A DNA stretch of 64,000 nt, from contig JAWLBX010000007.1 of the NCBI GenBank assembly GCA_041687435.1, forward strand, positions 33,108-97,107, given 5' to 3'. Source of the stretch: Alphaproteobacteria bacterium. Lineage in GTDB: Bacteria; Pseudomonadota; Alphaproteobacteria; Bin95. Below the pieces are notes generated by a model. It saw nothing but the letters and a program-made list of their open reading frames with translations, made no database searches and was not told where the DNA came from. Both the position numbers and the translations under genes were made by a program. Of the stretch, positions 56,601 to 64,000 are shown in pieces; the stretch's first letter is position 1, and the number at the start of each line of letters is the position of its first letter.

Positions 56601-57839
56601 CTATTCGTAGGTGCGGGTATCCTCTATGACCTTGCCATCGTTCGGCAGAGAGCCGATCGCCACCAATTCTACGTCCGCCCGGATGCGGATTTCGGCGTCT
56701 ATCGCCTGGGCGATCGCATCGACCAAGCCCTGCCGTTGACCTTCGGCCTCCGCCCTGAACAGCATGGTGTCACGGCCATCTTGACTGCCGATTACCACCC
56801 GCGCCTTCGCCACCTCTGGATGACGTTTCAGCACATTGGCAACCTGGTTCGGCCGCACGAACATGCCGCGCACCTTGGTTGACTGATCTGCCCGGCCCAT
56901 CCAACCGCGAATGCGCGGTGCCGTGCGACCGCACGGTGAGAGGCCCGGCAGCATCGCCGACAGGTCTCCGGTGGCAAACCGGATCAGCGGATAGTTCTTG
57001 TTCCATACCTGGGTGACGACCACCTCCCCCACCTCTCCGTCTGGCACCGGCTCGCCGGTGCCAGGGCGGACGATCTCAACGATCAGGCCTTCTGAGAGGA
57101 TCATCCCTGCCATCGCCTGGCTCTCGTAGGCGACAATGCCCAAATCCGCAGTGCCGTAGTTCTGCACGCACGAGACGCCGCGCGCGATGATTTCCTGCCG
57201 CAGTGATCTCGGCAACGCGCCTGCGCCGACCAGCGCCTTTGTCATACACGAAATATCGGCGCCCAGTTTATCCGCCTTCTCGATAACGGTCTTCAGGAAA
57301 TCCGGCGTGCCCATGAAGCCGTTGATACCGTACCAGTGGATTGCCTCCACCTGCCGCGCCGTCTGGCCGACGCCGCCCGGAAACACGGCGCATCCCAACG
57401 CGCGTGCCGCACTGTCGGTCAACAGGCCCGCCGGCGTGAAGTGATAACTGAAGGTGTTGATCAGAATATCGCCCTTGCGGAACCCCGCCGCAAACAGCGA
57501 GCGCGCGCCGCGCCACCAGTCATGCCCTCGCCCTTCCGGCTCGGCGATCGGTCCTGGCGAAAGAAACAGGTGCAGCATGTCGCCGGGCGCCGCCGCGCTC
57601 ATACCGCCAAAGGGCCGGTTGGCCGCCTGCGCCTCGATCAGGTCGGCCTTGTAGGTAACGGGCAGTTGTGCCAGCGCCGCGCGGCTGGTGATGTCGGCCG
57701 GGTTCACATCGGCCAGTAACTTGCCGAAAAATGCCGTCCTTTGCTTTGCGTGCGCGATTTGCCGCGGCAATTCCGCAAACAATGCCGCCTCCCGCACCTC
57801 CGGCGGTTGAATCTCGTAGGTGTCGAAGAATTCGGTCAT
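56601..57839 (-). CDS. Phenylacetate-CoA ligase (PaaK)/F390-synthetase family adenylating enzyme
   Basis: 412 aa from ATG 57839 (MTEFFDTYEI) with PaaK-like organisation (LPVTYKADL..., SYHFTPAG, GTADLG). Confidence 0.85.
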   Translation of the reverse strand: MTEFFDTYEIQPPEVREAALFAELPRQIAHAKQRTAFFGKLLADVNPADITSRAALAQLPVTYKADLIEAQAANRPFGGMSAAAPGDMLHLFLSPGPIAEPEGRGHDWWRGARSLFAAGFRKGDILINTFSYHFTPAGLLTDSAARALGCAVFPGGVGQTARQVEAIHWYGINGFMGTPDFLKTVIEKADKLGADISCMTKALVGAGALPRSLRQEIIARGVSCVQNYGTADLGIVAYESQAMAGMILSEGLIVEIVRPGTGEPVPDGEVGEVVVTQVWNKNYPLIRFATGDLSAMLPGLSPCGRTAPRIRGWMGRADQSTKVRGMFVRPNQVANVLKRHPEVAKARVVIGSQDGRDTMLFRAEAEGQRQGLVDAIAQAIDAEIRIRADVELVAIGSLPNDGKVIEDTRTYE

Positions 57840-57916
57840 CAGCGGCGTCCTCCCGGCAACGAATCGCGTTGGCGGAAAGTGTAGCGGCATCGCCGAAAGG
57901 CCACCAGGAGCCAAGG

Positions 57917-59665
57917 TCAGGAGACAAAGCGCAAACCGCCGATTTCGTGCGGCTCGGCCGCCGCCGGCCCGCTGGAGCCGAGCGGCAGCACCGGCGAGCC
58001 TTTCAGACGCACCAGTTCCGGCTTGGCAAAGTAGTAGCCCTGGAGAAACGTGACCCCGGCCGCCGCCAGCAACATCGCATCCTGGGCCGTCTCCGCGCAT
58101 TCCGCGACGGTATCGAACCCGCAACCATTGGCCAGCGTTAACAGTGCCTTGAAGAACAGTAGGTTGTCAGGATTTTCTGCCAAGCCGCCCGTAAACAGCC
58201 CGTCGATTTTGACGATATCCACGCTCAGGTTTTTCAGATGCTTGAATGAGGAGTAGCCAGCCCCGAAATCATCCAGCGCGACGCGGGCGCCGGTGGCTTG
58301 CACCGTTTCGATAAAATGTTGGGCAGTTTCCAGGTTGCGCATCGCCGCCGTTTCCGTGATCTCGACGATCAGCCGGCGCATGATGCCCGGTGTCGCCCGG
58401 CTCAACGCATTCAGGCGCCGCAGCCACGCCGCATCGCCAGTCGTATGGGCCGAGACATTGATGGCCAGCGTCGTGTGCAGGTCCAGTGCCAGTTCGGCAA
58501 CGGCTTTTTCCAGCACCACATGGTCGATCTGGCGCATCAGCCCAAGATCCTCGACCACTGGCACGAACTGCCCCGCCGGTATCACCGTGTTGTTCGGCGT
58601 GCGTAAGCGCAGCAGACATTCATGGAAGACCGGCTGATGGCTGCGTGCGCTGACAACCGGCTGATAGGCAAACATCAGCCGGTTTTCTGCGAGCGCATCC
58701 TGCACGCGCCGGGCGATCGTCAGATTGCGCCGGTGTCCGGCGCGCCGGTCGTCCGCCAGCGCATACAATTGGTAATAGTTGCGCCCAGCCGCTTTCGCGC
58801 CGGCCACCGCCAGATCAGCGCGGGCCATTGCCTCCTCCGCGCTGCATGCGGCGATGGGGAACACGACCGCGCCGATGGAAACCGTCACCACGATATCTTC
58901 GCCACCGATAAGAGGGGCCTCCGCGATGGCACGCACCAGACGATCCGCCAGAGCCAGCGTGCCCTCCTCGGTCAGCCCCTCGATGATGATGCCGAAACTG
59001 TCGCCGCTGTCCCGGCCGAGCAAAACACCGGATCCCAGCAACCGGCGCAGCCGCTCAGCCAAGGCGACCAGAACCATGTCTCCCGTCCGGCAGCCATAGG
59101 CGTGGTTCAGCAGGCTGAAATTATCGATATCGACGACCAGATAGCTGCCGCCGCCGCCTACAGACAGCGCCTCTGCCACAACTCGCTGCAGTCCCTGGAA
59201 CAGTCTTTCGCGCGTAAAAACACCGGTGAGCGGATCATACGCACCGCCACCGTCCAGGTCGGCCAATTGCGCCTCCCCTTCGGAGAGTGGCCAAAGTTCT
59301 CCTTCCAACACGCTGGGCAATCCGGAAGCCGCCAGGCGCTCCCGTACCCAAAGCCAGCCCGAAGCTGTTTTCAGGCGAAACCGAACAAAAACCGGGGTAT
59401 CCGAGTTGCCGGCTTTTGCCAGCACCCACCCGCGTTCCGCATGGTCTGCTGGTACCAGCAAGTCCGCCAGATCGCGGCCGCAGCCCGGCAGAGGGGCCGG
59501 GAGCGCGGCCGCCCAATCGACCGGCAGGGTTTCCCATTCCAGGCGGTCGGTACCACGGTCCCAGCGGTACCGCGCTGGCATAGCGGAGCCGGAGCCGTTG
59601 GCTGTCTGCTGGGCGCACATGAAGGCCATCCCTACAAGCTGTGTCGTGGTCATTCCCATCCACAA
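57917..59665 (-). CDS. GGDEF-EAL domain signalling protein with variant signature motifs
   Basis: The GGDEF-domain fold is present but the signature reads SGDSF (LLGRDSGDSFG). The EAL domain has ECL (VFHECLLRL) plus a conserved DDFGAGYSS and KIDG. Confidence 0.9.
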   Translation of the reverse strand: MWMGMTTTQLVGMAFMCAQQTANGSGSAMPARYRWDRGTDRLEWETLPVDWAAALPAPLPGCGRDLADLLVPADHAERGWVLAKAGNSDTPVFVRFRLKTASGWLWVRERLAASGLPSVLEGELWPLSEGEAQLADLDGGGAYDPLTGVFTRERLFQGLQRVVAEALSVGGGGSYLVVDIDNFSLLNHAYGCRTGDMVLVALAERLRRLLGSGVLLGRDSGDSFGIIIEGLTEEGTLALADRLVRAIAEAPLIGGEDIVVTVSIGAVVFPIAACSAEEAMARADLAVAGAKAAGRNYYQLYALADDRRAGHRRNLTIARRVQDALAENRLMFAYQPVVSARSHQPVFHECLLRLRTPNNTVIPAGQFVPVVEDLGLMRQIDHVVLEKAVAELALDLHTTLAINVSAHTTGDAAWLRRLNALSRATPGIMRRLIVEITETAAMRNLETAQHFIETVQATGARVALDDFGAGYSSFKHLKNLSVDIVKIDGLFTGGLAENPDNLLFFKALLTLANGCGFDTVAECAETAQDAMLLAAAGVTFLQGYYFAKPELVRLKGSPVLPLGSSGPAAAEPHEIGGLRFVS

Positions 59666-59818
59666 ACAGGCCGTGGACGGGTGCCCTGCAGAAAATCCGA
59701 TTTTTCAGGATATTACTGCAAAAGCCTCGATGGATTCGTCAGCATTGGAATGCATCCGTTTCCGTCATTCACAGTTGTAAGGATTCGTCCCTTAAGGGGC
59801 CGTTACCGAAATGCTGAA

Positions 59819-59844
59819 GCAGCGGCCCCATTCAGGGCCGCTGC
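59819..59844 (-). terminator. Hairpin terminator downstream of the omega-aminotransferase gene
   Basis: 10-bp GC-rich stem GCAGCGGCCC/GGGCCGCTGC with a 6-nt loop, 8 nt after the stop. The U-tract is weak. Confidence 0.6.
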
Positions 59845-59851
59845 CTGGGGG

Positions 59852-61201
59852 TCAATCGAGCGTGCGCAGAACCTTGCGCAGTGTCTCCACCATGGTTTCA
59901 ATATGACTCGCCTCGGCAATCAGAGGCGGCGAGAAGGCCAGCACATCGCCCGCCAGACGGATGTACACGCCGGCCTCATAGGCTTTGAGAAACGCATCGT
60001 AACCGCGTTTACCCGGCGCGCCTGGCACCGCCGCAAGCTCCACCGCAGCCATCAGGCCGATGTTGCGAATATCGATCACGTGCGGCTCGCCTTTCAGGCT
60101 GTGCACGGCATCTTCCAGCACCGGCGCCAGCGCAGCGCCGCGATTGAACAGGTCATCCTCCTTATACACGTCCAGGGTGGCGAGCCCAGCCGCCACGGCC
60201 AGCGGGTGCGCGGAGTAGGTATAGCCATGCGCAAACTCGACCATCCACTCCGGCCCCTGCATCAGGCTTTCATAGATTTCCGGCTTCAGCACCACGCCGG
60301 AGGCCGGCACCGTCGCATTCGTCAGGCCCTTGGCGATGGTCATCATGTCTGGCGTGATGCCGAAATACTCGCTCGCAAAAGCCTTGCCCAGGCGACCGAA
60401 GCCGGTGATGACCTCGTCGAAGATCAGCAGAATGCCGTGTTTTTCGGTGATCTCCCGCAAACGCTCCAGATAACCTTTCGGCGGCACCAGAACGCCGGTT
60501 GAACCTGCTACCGGCTCCACAATCACGGCGGCAATGGTCGATGGGTCATGTAGTGCGCAGATGCGCTCCAGGTCGTCCGCCAGATGCGCGCCCCATTCCG
60601 GCTGGCCGCGGCTGAATGCCATTTCCCTTAGATTGTGGGTGTGCGGTAGGTGATCGACATAGGGCAGCATGCTGCCAAACATCTTGCGGTTGGCGCTGAT
60701 GCCGCCGACGGAAATACCGCCGAAGCCGACACCGTGATAACCGCGCTCCCGGCCGACAAAGCGAACCCGCTGCGCCTCGCCACGGGACCGATGGTAGGCC
60801 AGAGCGATTTTCAATGCTGTATCAACAGCTTCCGAGCCGCTGTTCGCAAAGAACACCGTGTCCAGCCCTTCCGGGGCCAGAGCTGCGACTCGCGAGGCGA
60901 GTTCGAACGCGGCTGGGTGGCCCATCTGGAAGGTCGGGGCAAAATCCATGGTCGCAACCTGCGCCTGCACCGCCTCGACAATGCGCTTGCGGCCGTGGCC
61001 TGCGTTCACGCACCAAAGGCCGGCCGAAGCGTCCAAAATTTGGCGGCCATCCTTGGACGTGTAGTGCATGCCCTCCGCACTGACGAGCAGCCGCGGCGCC
61101 TGCTTGAAGGAGCGGTTTGCCGTGAACGGCATGAACCATGGATCGAGATCGTTGGCATTGGCGTGCGCGATTGACGCAGCTGTGATGGTCTCAGACGCCA
61201 T
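59852..61201 (-). CDS. Omega-amino acid--pyruvate aminotransferase-like class III PLP enzyme
   Basis: Contains LWCVNAGHGR, SGSEAVDTALK and FDEVITGFGR. ATG 61201 follows GAGGAGA. Confidence 0.9.
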   Translation of the reverse strand: MASETITAASIAHANANDLDPWFMPFTANRSFKQAPRLLVSAEGMHYTSKDGRQILDASAGLWCVNAGHGRKRIVEAVQAQVATMDFAPTFQMGHPAAFELASRVAALAPEGLDTVFFANSGSEAVDTALKIALAYHRSRGEAQRVRFVGRERGYHGVGFGGISVGGISANRKMFGSMLPYVDHLPHTHNLREMAFSRGQPEWGAHLADDLERICALHDPSTIAAVIVEPVAGSTGVLVPPKGYLERLREITEKHGILLIFDEVITGFGRLGKAFASEYFGITPDMMTIAKGLTNATVPASGVVLKPEIYESLMQGPEWMVEFAHGYTYSAHPLAVAAGLATLDVYKEDDLFNRGAALAPVLEDAVHSLKGEPHVIDIRNIGLMAAVELAAVPGAPGKRGYDAFLKAYEAGVYIRLAGDVLAFSPPLIAEASHIETMVETLRKVLRTLD

Positions 61202-61464
61202 GGTTATCTCCTCTGGCCGAATCGGTTTAAGTGTTGCGGAGGCTATCACAGCCGTGATTTTGCTGGAATGATAACGTGCTGCGACAATCTCTAGGCTAGC
61301 ATCATGCTGAAAAATCGCTGAAATGCGGCACAATATCTAGATTTCCACAGATATATGACCACCATTGCTAGGGAAATGCTGGCCTCACCGCCCAGCATCT
61401 CGTAGGTTTGCGTCGTGAGGTCGCTAGATATAGCGGCCGCCCGGAAACCCTGGAGGTCACCGCC

Positions 61465-61845
61465 ATGAGCTGGACAGATACCCAAATCGCTGAATTGCGC
61501 AAGCTCTGGTCCGAGCCGCATACCGCCGCGCAGATCGGCCGAAAGCTGGGGGTCTCGAAGAACGCGGTCATTGGCAAGGCTTACCGCCTTGGTTTGCCGC
61601 CGAAACGCGGCGAACGGCAAAAGGGCGTGCGCTTGGTCGCCACAAGCCCGGCGCTATCCACCCCGCGCAGTTGTGCCTGGCCGGTCGGCGATCCCACCAA
61701 ACCGGATTTCCACTTCTGCGGTTCTGCCGTGGTCCCGGGCCGGCCGTATTGTGCAGAACATTGCGCCGTGGCCTACACCCACTACCGTAATGAGGCAGAA
61801 GCCACCGCTGCGACGGAAAAGGCTGTAAAGGAAGCGGTCGCCTAG
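61465..61845 (+). CDS. gcrA: Cell-cycle regulator GcrA
   Basis: Begins MSWTDTQIAELRKLWSEPHTAAQIGRKLGVSKNAVIGKAYRLGLP and has a C-terminal CAWPVGDP...FCG...GRPYCAEH. GGAGG lies upstream. Confidence 0.9.
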   Translation: MSWTDTQIAELRKLWSEPHTAAQIGRKLGVSKNAVIGKAYRLGLPPKRGERQKGVRLVATSPALSTPRSCAWPVGDPTKPDFHFCGSAVVPGRPYCAEHCAVAYTHYRNEAEATAATEKAVKEAVA

Positions 61846-61859
61846 CGACCGTTTTTTTT
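61835..61859 (+). terminator. Rho-independent terminator of gcrA
   Basis: Stem CGGTCGC/GCGACCG has the TAG stop in its loop and is followed by T8. Confidence 0.85.
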
Positions 61860-61984
61860 CAAAACAGGCATTGCCGAGGGCTGCCGTCAGGGGCGGATGC
61901 GAACTGTCGCAACGCCTTGGTATAAGCATCGCTGGCCGCTATCTCTGAACAGTCGATACGATTGACGCAACAGAGGAAATTGCA

Positions 61985-62380
61985 ATGCGCACGATTATGG
62001 CAGCCGCCATCACCGGCTTGCTACTGGCGGCAGGTGCCGCCCATGCCGGAGACCCGCAGCAGGGCGCAAAAGTATTCAATAAATGCAAGGCCTGCCACAT
62101 GGTGGGCGAGAATGCCAAAAACCGTGTCGGCCCGCCAGTGAACGGTGTCGTTGGCCGCGCATTCGGTGCGGTCGAGGGGTTCAGATACTCGCCCTCCCTG
62201 ATGGAACTCGCCGATGCCGGCCGGATCTGGGACGAGGAAACACTGGACGCCTACCTGCAAAACCCGAAGAAAATTGTGCCGAAAGGCCGAATGGCGTTTC
62301 CTGGCCTGAAGAAAGCCGAGGATCGCGCCGATGTCATCGCCTATCTGAAGCAGTTCAATGCCGATGGCAGCTTGAAGTAG
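61985..62380 (+). CDS. Class I c-type cytochrome (c2/c550-like)
   Basis: Signal peptide, CKACH haem-binding site, and a distal Met region (KGRMAFPG). Confidence 0.9.
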   Translation: MRTIMAAAITGLLLAAGAAHAGDPQQGAKVFNKCKACHMVGENAKNRVGPPVNGVVGRAFGAVEGFRYSPSLMELADAGRIWDEETLDAYLQNPKKIVPKGRMAFPGLKKAEDRADVIAYLKQFNADGSLK

Positions 62381-62420
62381 CGACCAACCGCCACAGCCCC
62401 CGGTAAGGGACGGTCGCCAG

Positions 62421-63020
62421 TTAGCGTTCGTCCTTTTTCGCGAGCGATTCGACCGCTTCCTGAAGCGCAGCAATGCGCTGGCGCAGGTCCGTAATTTCCT
62501 CATCCGATTTCGGCGCGGGTGGGGGCGCTTCCGGCGCTTTCGTACCGGCTGCGATACCCGGATTGAACATCTTCACCGCCTGATCGAACAGCGCCAATTG
62601 CTGGCGCTGCATTTCTTCCAGTGCAGACGGCATCATGCCGCCGAACGATGAGCTGACCTGACGCTGCACCTCCTGCTGATGCCGGGCGTACCAGCCCATG
62701 GCCGTTTCCAGATATTGCGGCAGGGTCCAGCGCATATTGTCTTCGTACATGGCAATGATCTGGCGCAGAAAGCTGATCGGCAGCAAGTTCTGCCCCTTGC
62801 TTTCCTCCTCCACGATAATCTGCGTCAGGACCGAGCGGGTCAGATCCTCGGTCGACTTGGCGTCGATCACGCGGAACTCCGTTCCCTCCTGCACCATCTT
62901 GCGCAGATCGTCGAGCGTCACGTAACTGCTGGTCGAGGTATTGTAGAGTCGCCTGTTGGCGTATTTCTTGATGATCACGTCACCCGCTTCCGAACCGCTT
63001 TTTGCGCGTTTCTGGGACAT
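62421..63020 (-). CDS. phaR: Polyhydroxyalkanoate synthesis repressor PhaR
   Basis: Contains IKKYANRRLYNTSTSSYVTLDDL. ATG 63020 is preceded by AGGAGG. Confidence 0.88.
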   Translation of the reverse strand: MSQKRAKSGSEAGDVIIKKYANRRLYNTSTSSYVTLDDLRKMVQEGTEFRVIDAKSTEDLTRSVLTQIIVEEESKGQNLLPISFLRQIIAMYEDNMRWTLPQYLETAMGWYARHQQEVQRQVSSSFGGMMPSALEEMQRQQLALFDQAVKMFNPGIAAGTKAPEAPPPAPKSDEEITDLRQRIAALQEAVESLAKKDER

Positions 63021-63171
63021 GGACACGGCCTCCTGGGTGCGGCTCACTGGCGAAGGTGCGTTGAGCATGCGCACAATGACTCAATAACGGTGTTAGCCTC
63101 ACGTCTCAAGGGTGCCGGCGCCGTGTTTGTGCGATTGCGCTCGCAACCGCGAACAGGCAACAGTCTCGATC

Positions 63172-64000
63172 ATGGCTTCTGAACCGGCAAAAATCTCCCC
63201 GTATCCCCGAACTGGCCCACGTCCGTTGTGGCTGCATCTCGGAACAGCGGCAATGACCTGGAGCAGTGCGGCTTTCCCCGCAGCCATGTGGTCCAGCATC
63301 TTGCGCGGCACCGATCCGCGCAGCGAATTTCTGACGATGGTGCAGATCGCGTCGGACCGTTTCGCCCGGCTGATGCGAGGCATCGACGCATATCAGCAGC
63401 ACCCCTATCGCCGCACCCTGCCGGAACCATCGGTATATTGGCAGTGCGAGGGCATGCAGGTCCTGGATTACGGCCTGCAGTCCAAGCCGGATGCGCCGCC
63501 TCTGCTGATTGTGCCCTCCCTGATCAACCGTCACTACATCCTCGACCTGCGCGAGAACCACAGCTTCGTCCGCTTCCTGGCAGCGCAGGGGTTTCGCCCT
63601 TTGGTGGTCGCCTGGGACGGATTCGGACACGTGGCAGAGCCGGTCACCATCGAAGCCTGCATCACCCGAATGCTGGAGCCGGCGTTGATCCAGATATTAA
63701 GGCAAACCGGCCAGCGGCCCGCCCTGATTGGATATTGCCTGGGCGGGTTGCTGACGCTCGCCCTGGCAACACGCCGCCCGGATGGCGTCGCCGCTCAGGT
63801 GTTCATGGCAACCCCTTGGGATTTTCACGCCGGCAACTGCCGCCTTGCCGAAACCGCAGCCAACGCGCTTGCGATGATTGAGCCGACCTTGCAGGCCCTT
63901 GGCTCCATGCCAGTGGATGCCGTGCAAGTGCTGTTCTACGCCATCGATCCGTTCCATGTGATTGAGAAGTTCTTGACCTTCGCCGACATCGACCCGGCCT
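63172..64000 (+). CDS. PhaC-like alpha/beta-hydrolase (PHA synthase-type Cys lipase box), 3'-truncated by the window end
   Basis: I translated this by hand from ATG 63172: MASEPAKISPYPRTGPRPLWLHLG...PLLIVPSLINRHYILDL...ALIGYCLGGLLTL. It has G-x-C-x-G in the nucleophile elbow. There is no stop before 64000, so it is absent from the ORF track. Track ORF 63228..63881 is in the wrong frame. Confidence 0.8.
   Translation, partial: MASEPAKISPYPRTGPRPLWLHLGTAAMTWSSAAFPAAMWSSILRGTDPRSEFLTMVQIASDRFARLMRGIDAYQQHPYRRTLPEPSVYWQCEGMQVLDYGLQSKPDAPPLLIVPSLINRHYILDLRENHSFVRFLAAQGFRPLVVAWDGFGHVAEPVTIEACITRMLEPALIQILRQTGQRPALIGYCLGGLLTLALATRRPDGVAAQVFMATPWDFHAGNCRLAETAANALAMIEPTLQALGSMPVDAVQVLFYAIDPFHVIEKFLTFADIDPA

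Noticed and set aside
9885-60502. A set of long ORFs opposite confidently assigned genes:
- 9885..10934 (-)
- 12100..13083 (+)
- 24383..25600 (-)
- 43301..44410 (-)
- 46159..47199 (+)
- 49548..50873 (+)
- 51875..53425 (+)
- 58622..60502 (+)
- 4368..5687 (+)
   Set aside because: High-GC DNA suppresses stop codons on the antisense strand. All of these have low-complexity Arg/Gly/His/Pro-rich translations. Some span two real genes and the gap between them. None shows a family motif.
61219-61223. A single GANTC (CcrM methylation) site and TTAA half-sites upstream of gcrA.
   Set aside because: One pentamer occurrence and no full TTAA-N7-TTAA CtrA box were found. This is not evidence of cell-cycle control on its own.
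63228-63881. A 217-aa plus-strand ORF in the track at the right end of the window.
   Set aside because: It is in the wrong frame. The frame starting at ATG 63172 gives a coherent alpha/beta-hydrolase (PhaC-like) sequence and stays open to the window end.
1-64000. A search for CRISPR arrays, IS elements or transposases, integrases, phage genes, toxin-antitoxin pairs, and nuclease/helicase-type defence genes.
   Set aside because: I found no regularly spaced repeats, no DDE, tyrosine or serine recombinase motifs, and no defence-type domains in any frame that I read. The novelty in this window is metabolic and envelope-related rather than defence or mobile-element related.

Overview
This is a gene-dense chromosomal segment that looks high-GC by eye. 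It is almost certainly from an alphaproteobacterium: GcrA, PhaR, a J-protein/CobS/CobT triad and a class I cytochrome c are all present. I support about 65 protein genes and one tRNA. I found no rRNA, CRISPR array, transposase or integrase.

Layout, in order:
- The 5' part of gyrA on the minus strand, running off the window start.
- DinB, LysR, MFS, and a thiolase/DUF35 pair.
- tRNA-Ser(GGA), followed by an AT-rich orphan islet of about 1 kb.
- An ABM monooxygenase and a Baeyer-Villiger monooxygenase.
- A 10-kb, 11-gene, translationally coupled minus-strand operon for a soluble [NiFe] hydrogenase of group-3b type. Its order is beta, cNMP-binding protein, gamma, small, large, endopeptidase, a Zn-finger-less HypA, then HypF, C, D and E. 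No hypB is present.
- A 2-oxoacid dehydrogenase E1alpha/E1beta/E2 operon with a Leu/Val-type amino-acid dehydrogenase.
- A DevBCA/MacAB-like adaptor/permease/ATPase exporter.
- Housekeeping and catabolic genes: rpiA, cysS, cobST, aminotransferases, a CoA-transferase/hydratase/tartrate-dehydrogenase block, a GGDEF-EAL protein, gcrA, cytochrome c, phaR and a PhaC-like gene.

The most interesting block spans about 28.6-37.2 kb and lies between the exporter and the housekeeping genes.
- A Dlt-like envelope-acylation operon encodes a membrane-anchored SGNH/DltD-like protein, an adenylase fused to a carrier domain, and an MBOAT.
- Two TM microproteins that are absent from the ORF track flank the MBOAT. 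One ends in a DltX-like F-x-Y motif.
- This operon is divergently paired with an NRPS-like A-T protein and a protein made of a dead carrier domain plus a condensation domain.
- The two operons are separated by an extremely AT-rich control region.

All functional calls come from reading motifs in the translated ORFs. No database search was run.
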